Below are positions 48,913 to 63,110 of a stretch of DNA of 64,000 bases, piece by piece; the stretch's first letter is position 1; each line of letters starts with the position of its first letter. The notes under the pieces are model-generated. The model was not told the origin of the DNA and made no database searches. It worked only from the letters and a program-made list of their open reading frames with translations. The stretch covers positions 116,686,001-116,750,000 of the forward strand of contig NC_087436.1 of the NCBI RefSeq assembly GCF_036321535.1, in the 5' to 3' direction. A program made the translations under genes and the position numbers. Source of the stretch: Camelus dromedarius (Eukaryota).

Positions 48913-51267
48913 AGACTTCCTGAATAGTCTTAGGATAAAGGGCTCACTACCTTCTGAGACAGTAAGTTTAAAAAGTATAAGAAAGTGCCTCTTTGTATTG
49001 ACATCATTGAAGCCAGCTTCAAGTAAATGTCAATCATTAATCAATAAGCAAAATAATAATACTTTCCTAATACTTTTCCACTTGAATTCAGTGCCTAGTT
49101 ATGAGAATGAAAGGGCAGAAAGAATAAAAAGTCCTACAGGCGAGTCGTGCCTACAGGCCAAGAACTCTGTTAGTCATTTGACACCATCTGCGCCATGCTG
49201 TCGGCTACTCAGCACTGAAACCCCCTTCCCATGTCACCACATAAGAATCCCTCACTTTGGGATAATAGCCTCCCCAGTTCAGAGTCAGTTAAAGCCACAT
49301 CCCTTTGACTCCAAAATCTGTGATCTTTGTGCCATACTGAACTGCTTCACAACAACTAGGAAAACCATCCTTGGATGTAGCCCATCAGGGACACATTCCC
49401 AAACTGAATGACTGTTTTGCTTATGAGGGGCATATTTTCCCTTTGAAAACTTGCCTGATAAAATTCATTCAATCACTGGGTGGTGATGGATACCCAAAGG
49501 GCCCAGTTCAATATCTGGTGCACAGGAAATGCCCAACAAATATTTCCCTCTATATGGATGCATGATAAAACTCCTTGTCAATTCCAGGTCATTATTTTCC
49601 ATCATGATATATGTGAGACCCCCTGCCTTTGACCTCAGGAAGCAACTGCATTTTGATTTGCAGGAATTAATAAGTGTAAATCCCACTGAATTTGGGGGAA
49701 AGGAGAAGCAGCAATGTTGGCATCCTGAGATTAGAGTCTTGCACCCAACAGAGTAGTCAGTGTGGCTGCCTTCTCAGGAGTAATTAGGAACCAACTCTCA
49801 AGCCAACCAGTGTCGCCCACTGGTGCTATCAAAGTCACGTAGCTGAGATTCGGTGTCGTGGTTGGCTGGCAATTAAAATGTTGCAAGCTGTGAGAGGTCA
49901 TAGGAGCGAGTTGACCAGAGGTTGCAGACATGGCCAGAGACACCACTGCAGGAGCAGCAGGTGTGGCTGACCCTGAGACTCGTGAAGCTGGGTGGTGATG
50001 GGGGAGTGGAGGACTTTAAGATAGCCTTACGTCTTTCATAATGGCAGGATTGTCAGTTGGAGATGAACTAGCTGATTTAACTCACCTACCACCACTTGGG
50101 AAACTTCCAGCTGAACAAACTTAGTCTCCTGCTAACTAGCCACAAGGTTGGACTTTTCATAGATATAGACTTTAAAAACACCACAAAATAAAGAAGGTTG
50201 TGACTTATTTAACATCTGCATTTATTGTTATCATTCGAGTAATGTACATTTATTGTAGAAAACTTTTAAATACAAAAAAAAATAGGAATAAAGAAAAAAT
50301 ACACTAATCAGTCCACTGAAAAAGAGTTAGCACTGTTGGGTATTTGCTTTTTGGCTTCCTTATACAACTATTCATTCTATTTTGTTTTTTAATTTTAATA
50401 TACCATAAATATTTTCCAATGTTACTAAAGTCATTTTTACAGCTATGCAATCTTTCATCATTTTTTATATTCTTCCACTGCTGGAAATTAACACCCTCCA
50501 TGAACTAATTTGACAAACTCTATGACTCTAACCATGTCCGAATGTTAAGATTTGGACATCTGTTGTTACCTGGCAATGAGCAAACCCAGCCATCCCAGGG
50601 AGTGTTATCAGCCAAGCCAGTGTTTGGAGAAGCTGACCCCCAATGACAGTTTATAATGATCACAAAGTATTAGATTATGTAAATGTGCAGAGAAATTGAA
50701 AACAAGACCCGGCGTTTGTGGTTGAGTCCTTCATGAGGGCCAAACTACCAGTCGATTGCATGTTCCACTTTATACATACCTGACACTTTCCCCACAAATA
50801 AGGTATAGGAAGGAAAGTCAACTTCATGCAAACCTTTGATCATATCCAAATACACTCGATAACCAAAAAGGTGAAAAGTTTTCCAGAAGTTTTGAATAAA
50901 TTTGACTTGAGGCCAATATCAGCACATCCTGGAAAATGAACCCAATAGAAAGGAAAAAAAGGTATTTCCTGAGAGCCTGGCTGCCTGGAATTTCAGAATT
51001 TCTGGAGAAGAGAGACCAGATCACAAACAAGAGCAGAGAAGTTTTATCACAGGCTAAATATCCAGTAGGAAAGTATGAGTTTCTCCTGCTTGGTTCTCCA
51101 TTCTCAACTTCAATTCTTCCCCTATTATTATTTTGGAGAGGGGATGTAAAATTTAAAACTGAAGGTATATATTTTAGAAGCTTAAAAATACTTCTGTTGA
51201 GTTAACCCAAGAAAGGCAATATTAGACTCAAACATTTATTTAGCTCCCATGTTGAGGTGGACAAATG

Positions 51268-51490
51268 CTTCAGTGCGTAATACAGTGGGCCCTGTGCTGA
51301 CTTAATGGGACTCAGCTCTGACGCTGACCAGCTGTGCCATTTTAGACAGCCTCTCTGAGCCTCATTTTCTTTTCTATCAAATAGAAATAGAAATAGTAAT
51401 TATCTAAAAGGGTTGTTGAGAAGGTTAAGTGATTCAATGTGTGCAGTGTGTTTAGCACCGTGTCTGGCACGTGGGGAACATTTGGTAGAT
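51268..51490 (+). mobile_element. MIR SINE
   Basis: ctctctgagcctcattttctt ... agggttgttgagaaggttaagtga ... tttagcaccgtgtctggcacgt. Confidence 0.75.
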
Positions 51491-51492
51491 GT

Positions 51493-52047
51493 TGTAGCCG
51501 ATGGTACTTCCTAAACGTGACCACAGTATCTCCCATCCCACCTGCTCTAGTGCCATGTGACCTGCACACTCCCCATTCAGAGGTGAGTCTATTTCTCCAC
51601 CTGCTTTACCTTGTGTGAGCCTGTGGCTGTGTTGACCAATGGGATATGACAGAAGGGACACTGTGCCAAGTCTGGGCAGAGGCTTTAACAGCCAGGCAGC
51701 TCTGCTTTCTATCTGCTTCCATCAGTCATATGCTATGACCACCATGCTGTGAGGCGCTCTGGTCATGTGGAGAAACCCTGGGGAGACAGATCTCATGGAG
51801 AGACATGGAGTCTGAGGGGCACTGGGCACCAGGCATCAGGCACCAGGCACTTAAGAGACTTAAGAGTCAGGAAGTCATCTTGGGCATTCAGCTCAGTCTA
51901 GCTTTGAGATAAACATCTGAATACAACAGCATGGAGGATCTAAGAGGAACCCAACCAGCTAAGAACCAGGAGAGATCAAAACAAATCATTGTTTCTAAGC
52001 CACTGCCTTTAGACTTGCATGTTATGCAGCAAGACGGCCCTAAAACA
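51493..52047 (+). mobile_element. MaLR LTR (MLT1F/G-like)
   Basis: ccacagtatctcccatccca ... gagtctatttctcca ... ttgaccaatgggatatgacagaagggacactgtgcca ... ttgtttctaagccact ... gttatgcagcaa. Confidence 0.8.
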
Positions 52048-52099
52048 GATACTGTCTGCTATTTTTATAATTATCACAGTCATCACCTCATGTAAGACC

Positions 52100-52420
52100 C
52101 TTTGCCGTTAGATATTCAGCATTCAGCTTAGGGATTTGTAGGATTTGATATCCTACCTTGAAGAACATCCAGTCTAGGTGAGAATGACAATCAACAACTC
52201 ATAGTGGGCAAGGAGAATGCTAATAAGGGTTTTTTGTTGTTGTTCCAAGTGTGTGCAAAGTGCTAAGGGGACACAGAGGAGTGACTGGTGACTCCGTTAG
52301 GGAGCAAATCTTGGGGATGAGCATGGTGGTGTTAGAAGAGACACCCTCACAGAGGAGATGACAGTTGAGCTGAGCTTGGGGAACGATGAGATATTGCACA
52401 GTAGTAAATGGAGGAGAGTA
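52100..52420 (-). mobile_element. L2 fragment
   Basis: gcaaagtgctaaggggacacagaggag ... cacagaggagatgacagttgagctgagctt. Confidence 0.6.
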
Positions 52421-55400
52421 GGGGTAGACTTTCTTAAGTAATTACTGCAGCTGGAAAAGCTCCATCAGGACTTAATACAAAGGACAACATTAAAATAGCT
52501 GACAATTTGAATTTTGTTACTTAAAAACTGAATCTAAGTAATTGGAGGAATAATTTCTCAGCAATTTATGATGGGTGGTGGAATTCTATTTCCCGTATCT
52601 CTTTATCAATGGCAAAAAGAAGGAGCATCAATCTATAACCACAAGGAAGATAAAGGCCTGAGTTTGGGTTACATGATTTAAAATCCTGTGTTGCTGAAAT
52701 GAATTTTTTGCTGCCCTGTCATGTTGCCTTTTGGATAGGCTGAAATTAGAGGCATTTGTGCTGCCCTTTGTTGTCTGTTTAAACAAAACTTCTTTGGGTA
52801 ATGAAAATTCTACACCCGGGTCAGTTTCTGTGGACTTTTCTAAGGATTCTATCAGCAAAGATCCAAGAAATTTTATGAGGAAGAAATAAGTCTTTTTCTG
52901 CCATGTCAGCAAGTTTTCATCTTCTTCCTTTATTTTCTGCAATTGCTTTAAATATTCAATAGAAACAAAAGAATAGTTATAAAATATGCATAAGGTACAC
53001 AGAACAATAAAACATTTAGACACATGCACTCATTCTCAGTTTTTTTAAATTGCTCTTATTTTTGCAATTTCCATTCACATTTCTATGATCGCAACTCCTC
53101 ACCCCCCACAGGGAACAACTGTCCTGAATTTTGGGTTAATCATTCACTCACTTTTATTTTTAATTTTACAACATATGGTTGTATCATTAAAAATAATCCA
53201 TTTGGTTTTGCTTTATTTTGAACTTTAGGCCAAAACCAAATCATACTACAGAGTCTATTTTGCACCCAGACTACCTGGTTTTTGACACCCGGGTCCATTG
53301 TGAGACCTTGAGCCAGTTAGTAAAGTGTGTCTGTTTCCTCAACTGCAAAATGAAAATAGTAAGAGTGCTTCCTTCCTAGTGGGCTTGTGAAGATTAAATG
53401 AGCTGATTGTTTAAGACATTTGTATATAAATGGAACATAAGGCAGGCTCTATACATATTAGCTATTATCATTCTACAATCTGTTTTATGACTGCCCCAAT
53501 TTACATTTCAAAGATAATCCATGCTATTGTAGTAGCCACAGTTCCTTCAATTTCATGGCTGTATAAGCTTTCCTTAAGTGCATATAATGCTATTTATTTA
53601 TCACTGTTCAGGCAACAGATGCTTGGATTGTTTTCCAGATTTTGTTTACATCAGGGCTGCTAAGAACATTCTAGTTTGTGTCTTGGACCATGTATTCAAG
53701 AGTGTCTGTATATAAAGGCATATTCTTAGGATTGAAGTTTCCGGAGCACAGAGTATGCACAGCTCCAGTTTTATCAGATGATGCCACAGCTTCCAAAGTC
53801 AGCAGGCCATTTTACATTCCTGCAAATGTGCGTAAGTGGCCCATTTTCCTCACCACCTCGTCAAACCTCCATCCTGGCCGTTTTAATGTCTACCATACTG
53901 GTGTGGAGTGGGGGGTTAATCTACCTTTTGTTGACTGTGGTTGTGGTTGAGCATCTTTTCAGATATTTACTAGCCATTCGGTTTTCTCATCTACACACAG
54001 AGATAGTTAAAATCTTTCATTCACTTTTCTGTCAGTTTTTGCCTTTTTCATGTTGATTTGTATGAGTTATTTATTCTGGATCCTTTTCCCAGTTTGCGAC
54101 TTGAGTTTTCATTCTCTTTTGATGTTGTCTTTTGGTGACAGTAATTTTAAAGCAATTGAGCATAACAAACTCTTCTTTCTGGTTTGTCGATTTTGGGTAT
54201 TGCTTAAAGAAACTTTCCTTACCCTGAGATCATTAAGATAGTTTCCTATACTGAATTCTAACCATCGTAAAACTTGTCTTTTACTTTTAGGCCTTTAATC
54301 AGCCTGGAATTGATTAACTTGTGGGTAGAATCAAGTTGGGGAGGATCATTTTTTTCATACAGGTAATTTATTTAGCATCATGTGTGAAAAAGCCCATCTC
54401 TTCTACACTGATCCACAATGACAGCTCTGGCATGGCCAAGCTTTCTTACAGAGGTGGATCTTTTTCTGGGCATCCTCTACTGTGCCGTGATTAATGTGTC
54501 CACACCAGATCAATTACACAAGTCCTAATTAGTATAACTTTGTAGTAATTCATGGTATCTGGGAATTAACAACCCCCAGTTTTTACTTTATCAACAAATT
54601 GCCTCTTGAATGTTTACTCTTTAATAGACACATTAAAATCAGCTTATCAATATGTATACACACCCACACAACCTTTTGGGATTTTGATTGGAATTACTCT
54701 GAATCTATAGATAATTTTGAAGAGAAATGGCATCTTTATGAAACTGAATTTTCCTGTTCATGAACATATTACATATCCCCAGAGACAGAGAGATAGAGAC
54801 AGAGAAAACTTCTTCAACATAATTTCATAGTGTTTTATAATTTTCTCCCCCAAAGGACTAGACTTTAACATCTTTTGAGAGATTTGTTTCTAGGCATTTT
54901 ATGTATTTTAATGGTATTATAAATGTTAAGATACTACCCCAGTTTTATGTTTAGATGTTTGTAGCTGGTATGTATGTTTTTAGAGATGATGTCTGCAGCA
55001 GGCTTGCAAAATGTTTAATCAGTTCTAATAACTATCAGTTCATTCTTTTGACTTTGCTATGTCAATGATAATGTCCTCTGTAAGTAATCTAATTTTGTAG
55101 CTTTCTTTCCATTTTTCATACTTTTTTTTCTGCCTGATGGTACTGGTTAGGACCTTCAAAACAATGATAAACTAAGGGGTGATAGTGAACACACTTGTTC
55201 TTAATGGGAATGTTTTCAATAGTGGAGCACAAAACATAAGCCTTGTTTTCAGATATTGGTAGGTTTTGAATATCAGGTCAAAGACTCTAGGTTGCCAAGA
55301 GTCTTTTTTGTTTTAATTATAAAGAAGAATTCAATTTAATCAATATTTTTCTGTATTTATTGAGATGATTATATATTTTCCCTTCCCTTACTGTTAATGT

Positions 55401-56996
55401 AATGATTTAAATTAATAGACTTTCTAATGGTAAACAAAACTTTAATTTCTGAGATAAATACAACTTGGACATGACATGTTAATTTTTAGTATATTGGTGC
55501 AATGAATCAGTAATGCATATTAGTGAGAATGCCTTATAATTTTTCTCTCTTTCTGTCCTTGCTGGATATTGGCTCAGACTTGTGCCAGCTTTGTCCAATG
55601 AGTTAGAGGGTATTTCCTGATCTTGTATTCTCAGTGGGTAATAAATTGTCCCTTTATCAATAAGACTATCTTACACTGGTATTTCCTTGGGGAAGATTTT
55701 CAACTATTGATTCAATATCATTGTTGGTTCTAGAAAGATGCTCAGTTTTACTACTTTCTCATGAGTAATTTTTGATGTTACGTATTTTTCTATGTATTTG
55801 TTTATTCAATGATATTTTCTTATTGTTTTAACCTCTGTTGTGCCTATAGTCTCCTTTTCCATTCCTAATTTTGTCTGTTGATGACTCCCCTTTCCTTCTT
55901 GATCAAGTTTGCCCAAGGTTATCAATGTCATTAGCCCTCTCCATTACAATTTTATGTTCTATTTTAGTAACTTCTGCTTTTAGCTTCCTTATTTCCTTCT
56001 GTCTATGTTCTTGACATTATACCTGTTATTTCACTGATCTACTAAGTTAGGTGCTTTGGTAATTAAATTTTAGCTTTTCTCTTTTTCTAACATAGATATT
56101 TCAGCTATGTATTTTTACATTATTTTTCAGATTTAAATATTTTTATTTTCATTATCATTTATTCTTTGACTTGTGACTTGATATTTCCAAGTAGAGTTGG
56201 AGTTTTTAATTTCCGTTTGTCACTAATATCTAGCCTAATTATACTGTGGTCATAGAAAATAGTCTATATGATATTATTTTGTAAAAATTTTTGAGAACTT
56301 GCTTTATGTTCAAATAAAGGGCAATTTTTTTGCAGTGTTCCATGCATGCTTGAAAAGAAAGTGTGCACCATCATAACTGAATGCAATGTTTCAAAAATAA
56401 CTGTAAGAACAATCTCCTTAATTATATTATTTAAATCTTTATTTGAATAGATATTTTGTATTTTTATCATATCAGTTACAAAACTGGATATTAAAAATAT
56501 TTAATAGGGTGATGTATTTGTTTTTTTTCCTGATAGTTATTGCAAATGTGTATGTTATTAGGAACATAGAATTTTCATATTGTTATACTTCCTGATGAAT
56601 TAATTATTTTGTCACTATGTAGTGACCCTCTTAGGAAAAACTGATTTTTTTCTAAAAAGCTTATTTTGTCTGGTATTAATATAGCCAAGACAGATTTCTT
56701 TTAGTTATTATTTTAATAGTACATCTTTTACATTATTTTATACCAAAATTTTCATGCCCTTATGTTTTAGGCACATCCCTTATAAAAGATGCAAAAAGTG
56801 TATGACTGGATTGGGAATCATTTACCCAGTAAAATAAAACAATCTTTCAATGAAGAATTTACTAATTCACAATTATTATAATTACTGAACTACCTAAATT
56901 TATTTCTATACTATTGTGTGCTTTCTATTTACTTATCCTTTTCTATTTCTTCCTTTTTACTCTTTTTGATTTTCTACTTTCCTTCTTTGGGTTTGA

Positions 56997-57031
56997 TGTG
57001 TGTGTGTGTGTGTGTGTGTACATGTGTGTGT
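56997..57031 (+). repeat. (TG)n microsatellite
   Basis: Directly visible. Confidence 0.9.
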
Positions 57032-57475
57032 ACAGTTTTTTTCTCACTCCATTATACTGCTACCAGTTTATTGGTTATGTCTTCTAATTCTATTTTTTTT
57101 GTAATTTCCTTAGATATTTTAATACATAATTAAATTATCAACATCTAAGTTTTTTAACCCTCTTCTAGAATAACACAGGCACTTTTCAATTCCTTATTTG
57201 TGATCACCCGCTCACAATGTGTGTGCTACTGCAGTCGCGTGTTTTAATTCTGTTACTTATCAATCCCTTAAGACTTAGTCATTGTGTTAAACAGTCAGTG
57301 CTTTAAAATAGTTACCCAAATAGTTAACATAATCTTTGACCATCTTTTGTTTTTATATTTCAAAACTTTTAGTGAAGATCACTTCCTTTCAGTATGAAGA
57401 ACACAAATTGGAGTTTTCTTTAGTGTCAAGGCCCATTATAAGAAAATGAAAATGCCTTTATTTTTCCCTCATTCT

Positions 57476-57703
57476 GTTTTTTTAAAGGAAAATGGCATTT
57501 TGTTTATTTTTTTAACATTTTATTGAGTTATAGTCATTTTACAATGTTGTGTCAATTTCCAGTGTAGAGCACAATTTTTCAGTTACACATGAACGTACAT
57601 ATACTCATTGTCACATTTTTTTTTTCGCTGTGAGCTACCACAAGATCTTGTAGATATTTCCCTGTGCTGTAAAGTATAATCTTCTTCATCTATTCTTTAT
57701 TTA
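57476..57703 (-). mobile_element. Young L1 3' end with TSD, same family as the 38.9-kb L1
   Basis: ttttattgagttatagtcattttacaatgttgtgtca ... ccagtgtagagcacaatttttcag is nearly identical to 38871 onward; TSD tttccctcattct at 57463-57475 and 57704-57716. Confidence 0.92.
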
Positions 57704-57859
57704 TTTCCCTCATTCTTAAGATGGTGTCTTCATTGGACATATAATTCCAGGTTAACAGTTATTTTCTCTCTGAACCATAAAGTTATTTTTCTGACCTTTG
57801 GATTTTGTGGTGTAAGGATATGACACCTGGCATTACTGCAGCCACCTTGTGACCATGAT

Positions 57860-58000
57860 ATTTTTTCATAATGGGTTTTTTCATTAATTTTTAATTGCAT
57901 TAAAACCATGTTCACCTTGACTACTGCGTTTTTTTGGCACTTTCTTAAATTGTGTTCCTAAGGTGAATGCTTCACCTGCCTCCCCCTGGTCTCCATCCTG
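57860..58000. mobile_element. MER91-like hAT-Tip100 fragment
   Basis: tttttggcactttcttaaattgtgttcctaaggtgaatgcttcacctgcctccccctggtctccatcctg. Confidence 0.55.
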
Positions 58001-58009
58001 AGCTTTGAC

Positions 58010-58235
58010 TGCATTCTAGGCTGCAGGGAGTAGACCCAAAGCTGGGCTCTGCCTCTTACTAGCAGGGAGGAACCTTGCTATGCCTCAGTGTCCTCATCTG
58101 TAAAGTGGAAATACTAAGAGCACCTATCATTGGATTGTGAGGTTCGCCTGAGTTAGCATATGGAATGTGGTAGAAGAAGGCCAGTCACCTGGAAAGTACT
58201 GTATTAAGTTACAATGAGGCCACAGAATAAATGTG
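58010..58235 (+). mobile_element. MIR SINE
   Basis: ggctctgcctcttactagc ... gcctcagtgtcctcatctgtaaagtggaaatact. Confidence 0.8.
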
Positions 58236-60689
58236 AGCCATTGTCATCCTGAGACTGCCAGCTGCTCTTTTGTCCCCGCTTCTCACCAAAGCAACGACCA
58301 AGACAAGCCTGGTGCATGAAGCAAAGCTGGTGCCTGAAGATTTAGGAGTAAGATGGAATAGAAAGGTCATACTCTACACCACGCCTGACGTAAATCTCAT
58401 GATAGACGTCCATTCCCCAGGGCCACTTTTCCCCACGGCTTCACCTCACATAGCTCAGCTCATAACATCCCCCTGACTCCTCCCTCTGCCCTCCGCTGTG
58501 TCTCCTTCCCACCCTCTTGTTCCTGTGTTGCCCAAATTCACGTCTATATCATGCAGAACGTGTTGACCTCCTCCAGTCCCTTCTTCCTGTATTGGGAAAC
58601 CTGAAGCCTGTGTGTTAGACTAAGAATGTGTAGATGATGACCTTCCACATGAGGAGGTAGAGGCCCCCCACATAAGGTATGCAGGGAACTCCCTCAGCAT
58701 CCAAGCTCCCACTCTGGGGAAGTGAGAACCCCAGTGCCTCCTGATTGACGGCGCAGTGTCAATACACACTCACACAAAGCAAGGAGAGTCACTAGACTTA
58801 TTTCCCAGATCAGGAAAGAGCAGGAGATGGAAAGCAGGGGAGCCTGTGCCTGGTACTTACAAGGTGGTTGGGGCAGATGGAGATCATGAACTTTTCACAG
58901 GCTCAACTTTAAGCAGTTATTTTAAAAGATGCCCTGGGCAGAGCAAAGCAGAAACTTGTGGCAGGAATCTGAAGCTCAGGCCCCTCTCTAAATGTCCAGA
59001 CTATGGGTGTGAGCAGGTTGTCATACTGTAAAATGCCAAAGCAGCAACTCAAACGGCTGTTTTCTCAGCACATAAACCCGGCTTCAGGCCTGCTGGATGT
59101 AGCCCTTTTTTTAATTTTGAAGTTTTTGAATGCACAAAAGGAACATTCCAGAAACAGAACAGGTATTGACTTACTAACAACGCAGCACTGTAAAGAAGTC
59201 CCCTCCCCACTTAGTAAATAGGAATGTAGTGTGAATCGATGTGGAAGGAGGTGAACACAGGATTAAATGCAAACCTCAAAGTTGTGTTGAGCTTGAGGTT
59301 GTCACTGATGTTGACAACAGGAAAAAAAAAAAAAAAGAGGGAGTGGGTATTTCCATGCACCATGATCTAGGGAACCACAGTTACAAACAAGAGCATCAAA
59401 GAACTGAGGAACCGCAAGACATCTGTTATGGTTGATGCTCAGAGACACCAAGGTGGAATTTTCCTCTGGGACATCTGGACCTTCCTTTGGCACCCTGAGA
59501 GTTTACAGTTTTGCAGTTACTGTGGAATGTGACCACCTAATTTTGAAAGCTCGTTGGGGGCATGTTAGAAAGTGGAGGAATTCTGAGGTTGCAGGGACAC
59601 TGGTGTAGCCACCCCCACCTTCACCCTGACAGTCCTTTACTAGCCTATCCCTACACGTGAAAGTGTATCTTTTCCTAGTGTGCTGTCTTTTGTTCCGTCA
59701 GCCTCTATCTAGGTGGTAGCAGGAGATTCTGAGATGGTAGTAACTGGTAAGAGAAAGGAAATAAGTCATTATTGGGCAACCGTGAAAAGCTGTTTTCTTG
59801 CTTCTGGAAGACAGGCACCATCAGGACAAGGATGACTTCTCTCTGGGTCACTGCTATATCCTCAGTATGCAGCCCAGACCCTGGACAGACAGAGGAGCCT
59901 TTTGATGAGCATTTGTTGTTGGGGTTATTGCTGGATCAATTGACTGAAAGATGAAGGGAACCTAAAGATAGAATCTCATGCCCGTGATGTCATGTGAGCT
60001 CCTCCCTCCGCAGCTATTCCAGGGAGGAGAAAACATAAAGAGGCATTTACCTCCTTCCAGGAAGAGCCATTCTTCTCCAGGCGACATGAGTTAGAAATAT
60101 GATCAGCAAAGAAAACCATGAAGCAAGGATCACATAACAGCCAAAATCCTGAAAATTTACATCCTAGAGTAAAACCACCCAGTTTTAACTATCGTGTCTA
60201 TCAGTCTGCCTTCCCTTGTGGGGCCACGTAACCTGTATTGTGCTCGGCAGATCTATCAGCTACCCATCAATGTGGATTTGCCAGCTACATACTAAAATTA
60301 AATTGTTAAAGTGTGGCTTACACTTTGAGGCACTTCACATTGTAAATGTCCCTCAGTGTCCACTGTTTTCCTTCATCTTCCCAGAAGCTCTATGAGAGTG
60401 TCAAGGCACGTGTACGTATTCCCATTTCACGGTTAAGACAACAGATAATTTTAAAAGTTAGGTGACTTTCCCAGAGCCGTTCAAAATATTAAATGACAGT
60501 ACAGTCCCATGAGATATGTTGCATTTTTTGCTTTATTTAGTTTTTTCCTTTCTATTAAATAGATGGGAAAACTGAAGCTCAAAAATTCCATGACTCACCC
60601 CAGGCTCCTACAAGTCCCATTGGTGGCAGTAGCAGGACTCACATTAGCAAAGTCAGATGACCTGGTTTTTCCTTCTAATATCCATGTTG

Positions 60690-61040
60690 CCTATCTTCTC
60701 CTTCCTCATTCTTGCCTCCCTGCCTCTGTCCAAGTAGCTCCCTCTGCCTGGAATGACCTCCCCTCCCCGAACTGGTCCACCTTGAGGATGTAAATCCAAT
60801 GACTCTCTGGCAAAAATGTCTCCCTTATTCCTTCAGACCTCAGTGAATATCTTCTCTGTACCTGTTCATCCTGACTTTGCATTTTGTTCACTTTGCCTCT
60901 GCATCTCAATCGGAAGCTCCCTAAAGGCAAGTGCAATGTCTTGGCCACCTCTGCATATCACAGAGCAACTGTGGGCCATGTGTCAGGTACAGGGCAGGAC
61001 GCACTGAACATGAAGCCGGAATGCACATGGCAGGTAATCT
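60690..61040 (+). mobile_element. L2 3' fragment
   Basis: gctccctctgcctggaatgacctcccctcc ... aagctccctaaaggcaag. Confidence 0.6.
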
Positions 61041-62567
61041 GAGAACGGAAAGGGCTATATGTGTCGGACTTGTTTATTTATTTTTACTTTTATTTATACA
61101 TTGCCTTTTTTCCCCCAAATTTGACTCTAAAAAATGTTTTTCACGTATTAGTGTGGTCAAATAGTTATATTCTTGAGAGCAACAAATTAATGGGTGATGT
61201 ATTTGAAGGATGCACTCTTGTCATTCACTCCTTCATTCATGTACTCATTCATTCCAACGAAGAAGTCTGACAGTTGTCCACAAGCATTACTGCCAGCAGC
61301 TGGGGGCAAAAGTCCCTCAGTCCTGCAGGCTGGTTGGGGGAGCACCCCACAGTGTCCACTGCAGAGTCCTGGCGTGGCTTGGACTCTATCCAAGTGCAGC
61401 AGGGGTCCGGTGGGGTGAGAATGGTATCTGCAGTTTACCTTTCACCCCCGGTAAACTCCTGCTTTCTGACGAAGCCACGCTGAGCCCTTGGTGCAGATTC
61501 AGATTTAATCAACGACCCAGACCATGGGAGCCATGTGGCTGTTTCTGCCTCCCCTGAGTCTTCTGCTCCAACCAGCGTAACTTCGTAAGGCCATTGCAAC
61601 TAGCCAGGTCCCCCACACCAGCCCTCCACTCCACGGGGGCTGTGCAACCCACTCATGAGCCCTGCCACATGCTCCCCCCAACCACTGTCCCTCAGGAGGC
61701 CAATTCCTCTCTCCTTAGAAGTCTAAATCAGGCTTCAAAGCACAGTCTTATTCCCCTATAGCTTTAAGATTCTCAGGGCAAAAATCATACATTCTGATCT
61801 AAGTCGTGATTTTTTTTTCAAATGAAAAATAGCCCCGCCATGCTCAGAGGTGGGGGTGCAGGCAAGCTTCCAGAGGCAGCTGCCTTGAGCCTCTCTGAGC
61901 TGTGGCTCCACTTCCAGCCATAACAAAGGTCTGCCTCTGAAGCTGGAGGCGCAGGCTCCCAGGCGAGCGCTTCCTGCTGGCTTCAAGCATCTGCCTTTCA
62001 TCTGCCTCTAAGTAGGTTCCACGTTGCTGTTTATAGTTCGTGGGCCGGGAGGCAGAAGCCTGCAGTGCTTGGGAGAAAGCAAAAGCATGACGATGGAAGA
62101 GGAAGAACAATAGTAGGAGCTCCGACTTGCACGGCTCTGTGTAGTCCGCATCCGAAGTCCCCGATAAGAGCTAATGCCCCAGCAATAGGATCCCTATTTT
62201 ATTAAGGGGGTGGAAGTGAAGAACGTCTATGCAGCTTGTTTAAAGTTGCACAGCAGTTTGCATTAGAGGAAGAATTGTGGTACATGAGGGATGCGGGTGT
62301 GCCTATGTTGCAGAGAGAGCAAAGAATGAGAGAGAGAGAGACAGAGAGGAGGCAGAGAGAGAGACCTTTAAGACCTCTTCCAAAAATTTTAGTCCAGCTC
62401 CAGCATTGCCCTGGATAACCTCCTTGGCAGAAGCTTCAGAAACCAAAAGCTCACTCATCGCCTTTCAAGTTTAGACTATAGCATTGTTGACTCTAATGAC
62501 TGAAGAAAAAGAATTCATTGAGCTGAAAATAGAAGGTTGTGTGGTGTAGTGAAACAGAATCCAGGCT

Positions 62568-62797
62568 CTAGATTTGCAAATATTAACCACTATATATAAA
62601 AATAGATTTTTAAAAAACAATTTTTTCTGTGTAGCACAAGAAACTACATTCAATATCTTATAATAACCTTTAATGAAAAAGAATATGAAAATGAATGTGT
62701 GCGTATATATGCATGACTGGGACATTGTGCTGTACACCAGAAATTGGCACGTTGTAACTGACTGTACTTCAATTAGAAAAAAAAAAAAAAGAAAGAG
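62568..62797 (+). mobile_element. Young L1 3' end with TSD
   Basis: agatttgcaaatattaaccactatatataaaa ... gctgtacaccagaaattggcac ... tacttcaattag(A)n; 12-bp TSD agaatccaggct at 62556-62567 and 62798-62809. Confidence 0.92.
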
Positions 62798-62953
62798 AGA
62801 ATCCAGGCTTTAAATATTGGGCAATTCTGGGATTGAGGTCTAAAATATTGCACTTTGTATGTGACAGAAGAATTTAACATCACTGCGCCTTGAATATCTC
62901 ACCCATGGAGTGATAATGATGTCCTCCCTGAGAAAAGACACGTAAATCTCCTG

Positions 62954-63110
62954 CAGTGACACCATCCAGAACTTTCTGCAATGATGGAAATGTTCTAAAT
63001 CAGAACTCCCCAAGATGGTAGCCATTTGCTACATGTGGATATTGAAAACTTCAAATGTGACTACTGCCACTGAGAAACTAAATGTCTTAATTGACTTTAA
63101 GTAGCCCCAT
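62954..63110. mobile_element. MER3-like hAT-Charlie MITE
   Basis: agaactttctgcaatgatggaaatgttcta ... atggtagcca ... ctacatgtgg ... aaatgtgact ... actgagaaactaaat. Confidence 0.8.

Larger units (their letters stand above)
52960..57805 (-). mobile_element. Ancient L1 (L1ME-like): 3'UTR, ORF2 and ORF1 end, with later insertions
   Basis: Continuous T-rich antisense L1 relics such as ttgagcatcttttcagatattta, gggattttgattggaattactctgaatctatagat, gggaagattttcaactattgattcaat and gcttgaaaagaaagtgtg; MIR inside at ~53260-53470. Confidence 0.8.

Noticed and set aside
51820..51868. Short tandem duplications (caggcac units, cttaagag x2)
   Set aside because: Ordinary slippage inside an old LTR
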